Assembly (NCBI GenBank): GCA_030390025.1
Contig: CM059432.1
Span: forward strand, 81,408,001 to 81,472,000
From: Squalus acanthias
Taxonomy: Eukaryota
Reading direction: 5' to 3'
Length of the DNA stretch: 64,000 bases
The notes under the pieces are model-generated. The model saw only the letters and a program-made list of their open reading frames with translations, ran no database searches and was not told where the DNA came from. Positions within the stretch are counted from its first letter, which is position 1; the number at the start of each line of letters is the position of its first letter. Below, one piece after another: positions 50,644 to 61,270 of this stretch. Made by a program: the position numbers and the translations under genes.

Positions 50644-51760
50644 CATCCCTTTTTGTGAAGGGGAAGGGAGAGAAATTAAATCTTAGTTATTTTTTTCATC
50701 GTCCTTAGTCTTGCTGTGTCACTAACAAATGTGCCAAGAATATGGAACCAGTTGCTACGATGTGGCATGAGTGAGGTGGGATGATTTACCCTCTGTTTTC
50801 TCTCCTTCCCTATGGAAAACTATCTGGCCTTCACTTGAAGCCTTCCCATAGTAGCACTGGTGATATCAGGAACTGCCCAGTGCAGAGAAAATTGGGCATA
50901 AGCCAATGATCCCAATTTCCTTCCTCCCTTTTGCCCAAGTACTAGACAGGTGCAGTGATAATCAGGGTCACCCACCTCATACCATTTCCCACTCCAACAG
51001 CTATCAAACACGGGGTCAAATGTTGATTACTCCATCACTTGCCTGTTAGGTTTTGGCTACAGACAATTTTCTGCCACCACCAGTAATATGCTTCCCACAC
51101 ACATCCAAATCTGCCACTGGAGCTGTGAATAATTAAGTAAATTGTGTGACTCACATTACTATTCTGGCGAGATTTGCTGCAGTTCTTAACCATTTAGAAC
51201 TGACTTACATCAGGACAAGAAAGTCAGCCCTGCTATTATACCATGAAACAAGAACAAAAGAAAAGAAAGCAGCAGAATTGTCACCAAATGTAAACCTGAT
51301 ACTTATTAGAGCCAAATATCACGGTGTCACTCAAATGCAATGGCATTGTGCATTAATGTTCGAATGCACTGTGCAACAGAATGGTAAGAGCTGAGGTTCT
51401 TTATTTTAGCTGGATCATTTGGGGGATGCATTGAATGAAGGCAGCAACTGCTGCCAACAAAGTTGAAGTAGTTGCACATGCGCAGTCTAAGGGCTGGATT
51501 TTGTCAGTGTGGGCGGGCTGGGGCTTGTCAGGTGGAAATCGTGTCAGGACCCCGACTCCTAAGTGAAGTGCTGAAAAAGTGGGATTTTCCCCTAATTGGT
51601 CAATTGATTTCCTGCGTGTGGGAACACCTGGCCCAATGAGTCTTTTCATACAGAAAGTCGCCTCCGATGACGTCATGGATTTAAGACCTGCAAGCAGCCT
51701 TGCTTCCTCTGGAGACTGGAAAGGCTCTGAAAATTGTATGAAGGTGTTGATTTCCCGACA

Positions 51761-53702
51761 ATGTCCACGATCAAGCAAAAGTGTGCACCTCAGTTTGATG
51801 AGCCCTCCCTCCAAGCTCTGGTGCACGGAGCCAGATGTAATAAGGAGGTGCTGTTCCCTTCCTCAGGGAGAAAAAAGCCACCCCAGCAGACAAAAGCTGT
51901 GTGGCTGCAAGTGGCCCAGGAGGTCAACTCCATTTTGCTGAGCCGCAGAACGTGGCTGCAGTGCAGGAAGAGGTTTCATGATCTTCTCCGCACAGGAAAA
52001 GTGAGTATGACTTTCCCATCACCCTCAATCTGATCCCCATCGCCTCTCCTCACCAGCACTCTGCTTTGCCAACCTCTTCCTCCAAATGCCACTTGACACT
52101 TACATGCCTGCACCCTTACCCATTCCCTCTCTCTCGAAGGTCACATTCACTTAACTATTCGACCATGCAGCCCTCACACTCCCTATCACTGTGATGCCAT
52201 GACAACAACAACTTTCAACGCACAGGGATGGTCCTTTGTATCCTTCTAAGCATCTATGCTATGGATTATCTACACTCACTCCTTCATTCTCACTCAAACT
52301 CCACTTATGTCCCTCATTGCAGGAAAAGAGAGCCCACAATAAGAGGGAAAGAGCCATGACAGGAGGAGGGCCACCCTCAGTAGCCCAGCTCACCGCCTGG
52401 GAGGAGGTGGCCCTGGAAATCGCCAGGATCGAGGAGGATTCCCAAGTGGGGGACGGACAGATGGGCGCATCGCAGCAAGCTGGTGACAGAATAGTTTGGC
52501 ATCTCTCTCATTGACATTGCATGAGTCACTGATAATGAATCTGATGCTCTAACAGATTGACTTATGATCATCTGCACTATTCAATGTTCATGTAACCTTG
52601 ACCTCACATCTCTAACTCTTTCCTTTACTCCCCCACAGGACCATCGAAAGCCCGCGTCCCCACTGTCCAGGAGGAAGAGCCTGAGCTTCCAGACTCCTCA
52701 GAGGAAGCTGCAACCTCTGAGGGCGCAGCGTCAGCAGAATTCAGCGCACCCAGCACCAGCGCAGACACTCACCTCGGTGGGACCTTTGCGAGATAGAGTA
52801 GTGTTGGCACCTGGTGTATCACAGCTCACAATTGAGCATCAGCAGATGGTGGAGACAGGGACAGCAGTGGAGAGGCCTCGTCGGAGGGCGCAGGACTCTG
52901 CCAGCTCAGCTCAGCTACATGTCGCCCTGTGCCTCCGGGTCCATCCAGAACGAGAGCGGTGCTGGAACTCCAGGAACAGGTGCAGGAGTCTCTGGCTGGT
53001 TTTGTCTCCAGGGTCACTGCGAGTGTCGAGCGAATGGAGGAGTCCATCGCGAACATGAGCAGAGCCTTTGTGGAGGCATTGGCGCATGAACGCATCACCG
53101 CGTAAAGGATAGCAACCTCCGTGGAAAGGATGGCTACAGTAGAGGAGAGGATGGCTACGGCCATGGAGGAGCTAAGTCGCCAGAGTGTAGAAAACATGGT
53201 AATTGTTCAGAATAGACTGGCATCTCTTGAGGAGCGATGGTCAGCTACTGAGCATAGAAACCAGACCTTCATGGAAGTCCTCTGGAGTAGGACTTCCAGT
53301 GCAGAAACGGGTCCTCATGGCCCCCCTGAAGTACAGCAAGGTGCTGTCAAGCCACTTGCTAGCTCTGAAGTGGGGCTGACCCATGAGAGGGATGTTGGTG
53401 GCAGACAACAAGGAAGTGGGGGCTCCTCTCCAAGCGCTCAAACGACCATGCCACTGCAAAGCCCTCGGTCAGAGCCCCACCAGAGTCCTCACCCAACTGA
53501 GATGGGCGTCTCATCCCCTGCACAGCCGCAGGAGCAGCAGACTGTTGCCGAGCCCTCACAGGTTCTCAACCCCAGAGGACGGCCGCCAAAGGTGTCGAGA
53601 CAGGAGCAGCAAGAAAGTGAGCAAGGGGCCTCCACATCTGCTGAAGCCACAGGGGAAGAACCACGTAGGAGCATACGTAAGAGCAAGATAATGCACAAGT
53701 AG
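51761..53702 (+). pseudogene. Harbinger Myb/SANT gene, exons 51761-52000, 52323-52482, 52639-53702
   Basis: APQFDEPSLQALV...WLQVAQEVNS...RTWLQCRKRFHDL with canonical GT-AG junctions in matching phases. Frameshifts and a stop occur only in exon 3. Confidence 0.88.
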
Positions 53703-53960
53703 TCACAAGGGTAGTCACTTGGGTGTTATGTTGTGTTTATTTTTGAAATGCCACCAGTTGCTTGTTGTGATAAAAAATTCTGATCGCAAACTGTTGAAGT
53801 TGTGGCCTGTGTCATTTCGCAAATGGGACTTCCACATTGAGGGCTTAGAGCGACTTGCAATTGTCAGTATGGTGGTCAGAGTGATAGGAATCCGCAGGTT
53901 CTTGTCCATTGTCGATGCTCTGGTAAGAAGGTGCGAGGCAAAAGTGTTTGATTGTACAGG

Positions 53961-54190
53961 CTAAGCAAATGTGACCAACATGAGTGCGTTCCTTGCATCC
54001 CGAGCAGCAATGTGGTCGCGCTCTGGCGACTTCTGGTCTGTGCATCTTCAGATGGGTGAGCAGCAGCTTGGCGCTCCTGTTGATGCTCCTGCTGTTGGTG
54101 CTGCTGTTGCTCATGGTTCTGCTGCTGCCGCGGCTGGTCTTCATCCGAATCTGATGTCCAGGAGGAAAGGAATTAAATGGTCGCCATGCT
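53961..54190 (-). pseudogene. Transposase stub: Gln-rich N-terminus joined to the C-terminal HIAARDARNALMLVTFA*
   Basis: The end resembles ARAARERLITQHFQ* at 19430. No DDE core lies between the two parts. Confidence 0.6.
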
Positions 54191-54515
54191 TCTGGTATAT
54201 GCCTCAGTTGAGGAAGCGCTTAGTCAAGGTGGGGAGAGTGGTTTCCCAGGAGGTCACACTGGAGATGGGTCTCAGGCTCCAAACTTCCACAACACTGAGT
54301 ATGCCTGCTAAAAGTTCCCCCAGAACTGAAACAACCAAGTTCTGCCACCCGCAAATGATCATTGGTGAAAACTCCTTTGGAATGGTGGAGCTGCAGCTGT
54401 TCGTAAGCAATCCACTTGTGAGGCCGCCAGGATTACCTGGCGTGTTCCAGAGGAGGCGTGAGGGATGGGGGGAATGACTAAAAATCAGAAAGGCCTCTCA
54501 AAATGGGATTATAGA

Positions 54516-54866
54516 AACATAGATAGAAACATAGAATCTAGGAGCAGGAGTAGGCCATTCGGCCCGTCGAGCCTGCTCCGCCATTCAATACGATCATGGC
54601 TGATCATCCAAATCCAGTACCCTGTCCCTGCTTTAATCCCCACAGTACACATATCCCACCCTACCCCCGTAACCCCACGTATTTAATTCCCCCTAACATA
54701 TCCCATCCTATCCCCATAACCCCACATATTTAATCCCCCCTAACACTAAGGGTCAATTTATCATAGCCAAATCAACCTAACCCACACATTTTTGGACTGT
54801 GGGAGGAAACCGGAGCACCCGGAGGAAACCCACGCAGACACGGGGAGAATGTGCAAACTCCACACA
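54516..54866 (-). mobile_element. 5'-truncated HE1-like V-SINE with CR1-type 3' tail
   Basis: V-domain GGAGGAAACCGGAGCACCCGGAGGAAACCCACGCAGAC; tail nearly identical to the CR1 tail at 13359-13450. Flanked by GATTATAGA direct repeats; internal ~45-bp tandem duplication. Confidence 0.9.
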
Positions 54867-55124
54867 GATTATAGAGGCTATTAAGTGGTTGTTAAGGGCC
54901 TTAAGGGCCTATCCCGCCTCTTGGAGGCGGGATGGAAAGGGGGTCAGAAAACATGCTTTTGGGAAAATTGCTCGGAGGCGGGATGGAGGCGGGATCAGGC
55001 CCGCCCGCCATTTTTGGTGATTTTAACAACTCACACGCCTCCAATCCCGCCTCCTCGGGCCTGGCAAAATCGAGCCCTAAGTGTTTTGTTGATTGTTCGT
55101 TTCGCGAATCACGGGCTCTGGGGA

Positions 55125-55312
55125 TAAAAATCCGGGAACAGAGCGGGTCTTCGGGACTGTAGGAAAAAAAATCTGGGAACGGAGCGGGTCTTCGGGACTG
55201 TAGGAAAAAAGCCGGGAACAGAGGGGGTCTTCAGGACTGTAGGAAAAAAAGCTGGAAACGGAGCGGGCTCTGTGGAAAAAAAGCCGGGAGTGGAACGGGC
55301 TCTGTGAAAAAA
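55125..55312. repeat. ~39-bp tandem repeat (CGGGAACAGAGCGGGTCTTCGGGACTGTAGGAAAAAA), about 5 degenerate units
   Basis: Directly visible. Confidence 0.85.
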
Positions 55313-55699
55313 TGCAGAAACATCAGCGATATCAGCTTCGAGATTAATGCGCAGAACGCTTCTGCGCAGCTTCCGGTCGTTGACAGCAGTCACTCCGTTG
55401 AATGAAAGCAGCAAGGTTCCCCAGTCTGTGAGAGGAAATCAGAGGGAGAGTCATCTTGACCCATAGTCACATGCTGGCCCCAAAAATCCATGGAGCCATT
55501 TATGCTGAAGTAACGCTGGAAAATGAACTTCTGCCCACCAGTGATTGGTCCATTGACCCCGTTGTAATTCCAAGAGTCAGCTCATTAGCATATTTAATAA
55601 TGGGCCAACAGCGCAACATCTGTGTAGCAAGGGAATAAAAAGCTTGGGGGGTTGTGGGTGGGTTGGGGTGTGGTGGTGGTGGTGGGAAGGAAACTTGTT

Positions 55700-56200
55700 G
55701 CTGCAGCGACTTTCACCCAGGGAATGTAGATAGAGTAGACGAAGATATTGGAGCAAGTGGCACATGGAATACAAGGGAACTGGAGGAGCAGAGAATGGCT
55801 GAGCACTCTGCCGTTTCCTGTCAAGGGTGTGGAGATGGTTTCCTTTGGCTGAGGAACACATGGACTCCAATCTCATGGGTCCTTCTATGAAAAGAAGGAC
55901 GTTCAACAAACAGCACACCTATGTGCAGGCACTGATTGTTTTCCCAAGAAGTGCAGCAGATGACAAGGGTCACAGATGAAGCCACTTCCCTCATATTCAG
56001 CAACATCAGGGAACTAATTCCTGTTGGAGAACAGCAGCCAGAAGGCCCCGAGGCTGATGGCCAGACTCACAACTGCAGCCGCGCTCCATTTTGTTCTGCT
56101 GTTTTGAGGCAGCACGTCCTTCCAGGGGGTAGCCCTGTGCCGGAGGTGCCCCAGGCTATGTTTATGATCCCAGGCACGATAATCAGCCACAGCTCGGCCT
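55700..56200 (+). pseudogene. Possible decayed Harbinger Myb exon 3 remnant
   Basis: Weak similarity to exon 3 sequences at 2485-2976 and 6484-7320. Confidence 0.3.
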
Positions 56201-56641
56201 AAACATGTGCAGTACATTCGAGTGCACTGTGCCTGTCCAGCACCGTGCAGAGAGGAACCAAGAAAATCGGCGCCATAATGTCATAAGGATTATGGAAACA
56301 TGGTTCAACTCACAAGATTGGAATGAATTCAACATGTATTCATGTTGTTCAGGAAATACAGAATAGATAGTAGGGGAAGAAATGTCCAGAATAATTAAGA
56401 TTTCAAAGAAGTTGAAAGGAAAGGGAAAAAAAAGAAGCATTCTAGCTAGAGCTAAAGCATGTACAGAGGACTGGGTTAATAAGAGGAATCTGCTACAGAC
56501 TCCCAGTGCATATGAGATGAGATAAGAAAGGTTAATACTGTGAATAATGTTGCAATAATGGGTGACCCCACGACCCCAGGGTGCAGCATTCTTCACATGC
56601 ATTCAGGAGAACTTTTTGAGCCAGTACGCAATAAGCCCAAC

Positions 56642-59600
56642 AATAGAGTCAAAGGGGGTGATTTTGCCAATGGGGGCGCGTTGGAGGCGGGACTGCTGCT
56701 TGGCGGGTCGATGTCCCACCTCCATCGATTTGTGGCCAACCCACGCTATTTTCCTTGATTGACCTTGTTAAGCCCGCCCAGCAGTGAAAGCCGGTTACAG
56801 AGAACGTCAACGTGTGACGTTTCATCTGTCAAAAATTTTTGACAGATGAATTGTCATCGTTTGACAGCTCTGTGAAGCTGTCAAAGACTGACATTCTCTG
56901 TAGTTTGATGAGTTCTTGAATTCAAGACCTCATCAAACCTCTTTCTTTTGCAGAAATTAGATGGTTGTTGCATTGGAGAATGCAACGGCCATCTATCCTC
57001 TCTGCCGCGGAGGTGCGAGACACTCCGCATACCCAAAGATTGAAGCCTCCAGGAAGAACCAAAGGTAAGTACACTTTTTCTAACACTTTCCACTTACCTC
57101 AGATACTCACCTCTCCACACTTGCACTCATCACTCACCTCCACAGCACACTTTTGGACACCACAGACCCCCGCAGACCCACTACTTGCCTCGGTGACACT
57201 GGCGGGGTTCGGAGCCTTCGGGAAGCCTGCACTTTTGTGGGTAAAATGGGAATAGTCCTCTTATCTGCCTGTTAACTACCTGTTAACAGGCAGTTAAGTG
57301 GCACTAATCCCCTTCCCGCCTCCAGGGAGACGGGACCCGGCGTGGGACAGCTACCCGCCTCCTGGCAAGATGGCACGGAGGCGGGTTGGGAGTGGGTTGG
57401 GCACTCGCCCCCAAATTCTGCCATTTTCCCAGCAGTCCCGCCTCCCCAGGGCTGGCAAGATCGCGCCCATAGAGTCATAACGGCACAGAAGGAGGCCTTT
57501 CGGCCCATCGAGTCCGTGCCGGCTCTCTGCAGAGCAATCCAGTCAGTCCCATTTCCCCGCTCTATCTCCATAGCCCTGCAAGTTTATTTCCCTCAAGTGC
57601 CTATCCAGTCTCCCCTTGAAAACATTGAGTGTTTCCGCTTCCACCACTTCCGTCGGCAGCGAGTTCCAGGTCCTCACCACTTGCTGCGTAAAAAAGTTTT
57701 TCCTCACATCCCCCCTGTATCTCTTGCCCAAAACCTTAAATCTGTGTCCCCTAGTCCTTGTACCATCAACTAGTGGTAACAGCCTTTCCCCGTCTTGCCT
57801 ACTCAAACCCGTCACAATCTTGTACACCTCTATCAAATCACCCCTCAACCTCCTTTGCTCTAATGAAAACAAATCCAGCTTCTCCAACCTGTCCTTGTAG
57901 TTAAGATCCCCGGAACCATTCTGGTAAATCGCCTCTGCACCCTCTCAAGGGCCTTCACATCCTTACTAAAGTGTGGTGACCAGAACTGGACGCGATACTC
58001 CAGTTGTGGCCTAACCAGCGCTTTATAAAGATTCAGCATAACTTCCCTACTTTTGTACTCAATACCTCTATTTATGAAGCCCAAGATCCCATATGCTTTG
58101 CTAACCACTCTCTCAATATGTCCTGCCACCTTCAGGGACCTATGCACATTAACTCCCAGGTCCCTCTGTCCCTGCACACTCTTTAAAACTGTGCCATTAA
58201 GTGTATATTGCCTCTCTCTGTTCCTTCTGCCAAAATGCATCACCTCACACTTCTCTGTATTAAATTCCATCTGCCGCTTGTCTGCCCATTCTGCTAGCCT
58301 TTCTATGTCTTGTTGCAGCCGATTGGTATCATCCTCACTGTTTGCCATACCCCCAAGTTTGGTGTCATCGGCAAATTTAGAAATTCTACTCTATATTCCA
58401 ATATCCAGGTCATTTATATATATCAAAAAAAGCAGTGGCCCCAGCACTGACCCTTGGGGAACACCACTGTCGACCATCCTCCAGTCTGAAAAACAGCCAT
58501 TTACCACAACTCGCTGTTTTCTGTCCTTAAGCCAATTCCTTATCCAAGCTGCCACTGACCCACCTATTCCATGAGTCTCAATTTTGTTAACCAGCCTCCT
58601 ATGTGGTACTTTGTGAAACGCCTTCCTAAAATCCATGCAGACAACATCCATTGCATTCCCTTCATCGAACCTCCCAGTTACTTCATCAAAAAATTCAATT
58701 AGATTAGTCAAACATGATCTGCCTTTTACAAATCCATGTTGGCACTCCTTAATTAGCTTAAACCTCCCTAAGTGCCCGTTAATTTTTTCCTTGATTATTG
58801 TTTCTAAAACTTTACCCACCACTGATGTTAAACTGACCAGCCTGTAGTTATTAGGATTGTCCTTACACCCTTTCTTGAACAATGGTGTCACATTTGCCAC
58901 ATGCCAATCCTCAGGCACCTCCCCTGCATTTAGGGAAGATTGGAAAATTCTGGCAAGCCCTCCCGTTATTTCCTCCCCCAATTCCCTTAGCAATCTGGGA
59001 TCCAAGCCATCTGGACCAGGCGACTTATCCACTCTAAGCATACCCAGCCTTTCTAGTACATCCTGTCTATGAATTTTCACCTATTCAATTGCTTCTATCT
59101 TTTCCACTGCTACCGATATTTTGTCAGAATCCACCTCCTTAGTAAACACCGATACAAAGTTCTCATTGCGTATTCTAGCCTTGCCCTGCGCCTCTAAGCA
59201 TATAACACCTTCTTTGTCGCTAATAGGCCCCACCCCGCCTCTTACTACCCGCTTACTGTTTACATGCTGGTAGAAGATTTTTGGGTTCCCTTTTATGTTA
59301 ACCGCCATTCTACTCTTATATTCTCTCTTTGCCAATCTTATTTTCATCTTCACTTCCCCTCTCAACTTATTGTATTTGGAAGAATTCACCTGACATGCAT
59401 CATACACCCTCTTTTTTTGTTTCATCATCTTCTCTATCTCCCTCGTCATCCAAGGAGCCCTTGCTTTGGTTCCCTTACCCTTCCCTCTTGTTGGAATGTA
59501 CCTAGCCTGTACTTGGAACATCTCCTCCTTAAAGATCACCCATTGTTCCGTTACAGTTATTCCTGTCAGTCTTTGGTTCCATTTTACCCTGGCTAGATCC

Positions 59601-60000
59601 TTTTGCATCCCATTGAAGTTAGCCCTGTTCCAGTTTATAAGTTCCACTCTAGATTGTTCCTTGCTCCTCTCCATTGCTAATCTAAATCTTATGATACGAT
59701 GATCATTTGTACCCACGTGTTCTCCCACAGACACTTGGTCGACCTGGCCCACCTCATTCCCCAGCACCAGATCCAGCAATGCCTCCTTCCTAGTTGTGCC
59801 AAGAACATATTGGTCAAGGAAATTCTCCTGAACACATTTCAGAAATTCCTCCTCCTCCTTTCCCTTTACCCTAGCATTATCCCAAACGATATTTGGGTAA
59901 TTAAAGTCCCCCAATATCACCACTCTATAGCTCTTGCATATCTCTGTGATTTCCCTGCAGATTAGCTCCTCTACCGCCCTCTCACTATTTGGAGGCCTAT
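56642..60000 (-). mobile_element. CR1 LINE (endonuclease C-terminus to 3' tail), frameshifted, with a MITE in its tail
   Basis: ORFs 59081-59923, 58391-59080, 57860-58348 and 57543-57887. The ATAGAGTC tail unit occurs on both sides of the MITE. Confidence 0.92.
56654..57468. mobile_element. Harbinger-family MITE
   Basis: GGGGGTGATTTTGCCAA / CTGGCAAGATCGCGCCC with flanks AAA/ATA; TIRs resemble those of 51491-55077. Confidence 0.85.
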
Positions 60001-61270
60001 ATTTGGGGCAGTTCTGGACTTAGTTTTAGGGAATGAAGCTGGGCAGGTGGAAGGGGTGTCAGCGGCAGAGCGTTTTGGTGTTCGTGATCATAATTCAGTT
60101 AGATTTAGTGTAGTTATGGAAAAGGACAAAGATAGATCAGGAGTAAAATTTCTCAATTGGGGAAAGGCTAATTTTACTAAGCTGAGATGTGATTTAGCAA
60201 AAGTGGACTGGAAACAGCTACTTGAAGATAAATCAGTGTCAGAGCAGTGGGAGGCATTCAAGGAGGAGATAGTGAGGGTTCAGAGCAAATATGTTCCCAC
60301 AAAGGAAAAGGGTGGGATTCCCAAATCTAGAGCCCCCTGGATGTCAAAGGGCATGCAGGGTAGGATAAGGTAAAAAAGGGAAGCTTATGACAGATACCGA
60401 GAGCTAAATACTGCAGAAAGCCGAGAGGAGTATAGAAAGTGCAGCGGTGAAATTAAAAAGGAAATTAGGAAAGCAAGGAGAGGGCATGAAAAAATATTGG
60501 CAAGTAAAATCAAGGAAACCCCAAAGATGTTTTATAAATACACAAAGAGCAAGAGGGTAACTAAGGAATGAGTAGGGCCTATTACAGATAAAAAAGGTAA
60601 CCTATGTGTGGAGGCGAAAGACGTGGGTATGGTTCTTAATGAATACTTTGCGTCTGTCTTCACGAAAGAGAGTAACGATGCAGACATTGTAGTTGAGGAG
60701 GAGTGTGAAATATTAGATGGGATAAACATAGTGAGAGAGGAATTATTAAGGGGTTTAGCATCATTGAAAGTAGATAAATCACCAAACGCGGGTGAAATAT
60801 ATCCCAGGCTGTCAAGAGAAGCAAGGGAGGAAATAGCGGAGGCTCTGACCATCATTTTAAAAAGGGAGAAAGGGATAGACCGAATAATTACAGGCCAGTC
60901 AGTCTAACCTCAGTGGTGGACAAATTATTGGAATAAATTCTGAGGGACAATATTAATCATCATTTAGAAAGGCACAGATTAATAAAGGACAGTCAGCATG
61001 GATTTGTTAAGGGAAGGTCGTGTCTGACTAACTTGATTGAACTTTTTGAGGAGGTAACAAGGAGAGTCGATGAGGGTAGTATGTTTGATGTAGTCTACAG
61101 GCTTTTGACAAGGTCCTACAGGGCAGACTGGTCAGAAAAGTAAAAGCCCATGGGATCAAGGAAAAGTAGCAAGTTGGATCCAAAATTGGCCCAGTGGCAG
61201 GAAACAAAGGGTTATGGTCGACGGGTGCTTTTGTGACTGGAAGGCTGTTTCCAGTGGGATTCCGCAGGAC

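Larger units (their letters stand above)
51491..55077. mobile_element. Complete-ended non-autonomous Harbinger (Myb gene kept, transposase core deleted), TSD TAA
   Basis: TIRs GGGCTGGATTTTGTCAG / CTGGCAAAATCGAGCCC (15/17) with TAA on both sides. Confidence 0.92.
51440..55397. mobile_element. Putative small outer TIR element (9-bp TSD TTGAATGAA) hosting the Harbinger
   Basis: TTGAATGAA at 51431-51439 and 55398-55406. Imperfect inverted ends GCAGCAACTGCTGCCAAC / GTTGACAGCAGTCACTCC (14/18). Confidence 0.45.
56270..61268 (+). mobile_element. Decayed CR1 (56270-56641 and ~60004-61268) split by an inverted CR1
   Basis: CIQENFLSQY..SPT | GAVLDLVLGN continues across the insertion; many stops. Confidence 0.85.

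Noticed and set aside
14283..59702. Recurrent antisense ORFs (VSSANL...[11 protein letters not shown])
   Set aside because: These are shadow frames of the conserved RT coding strand.
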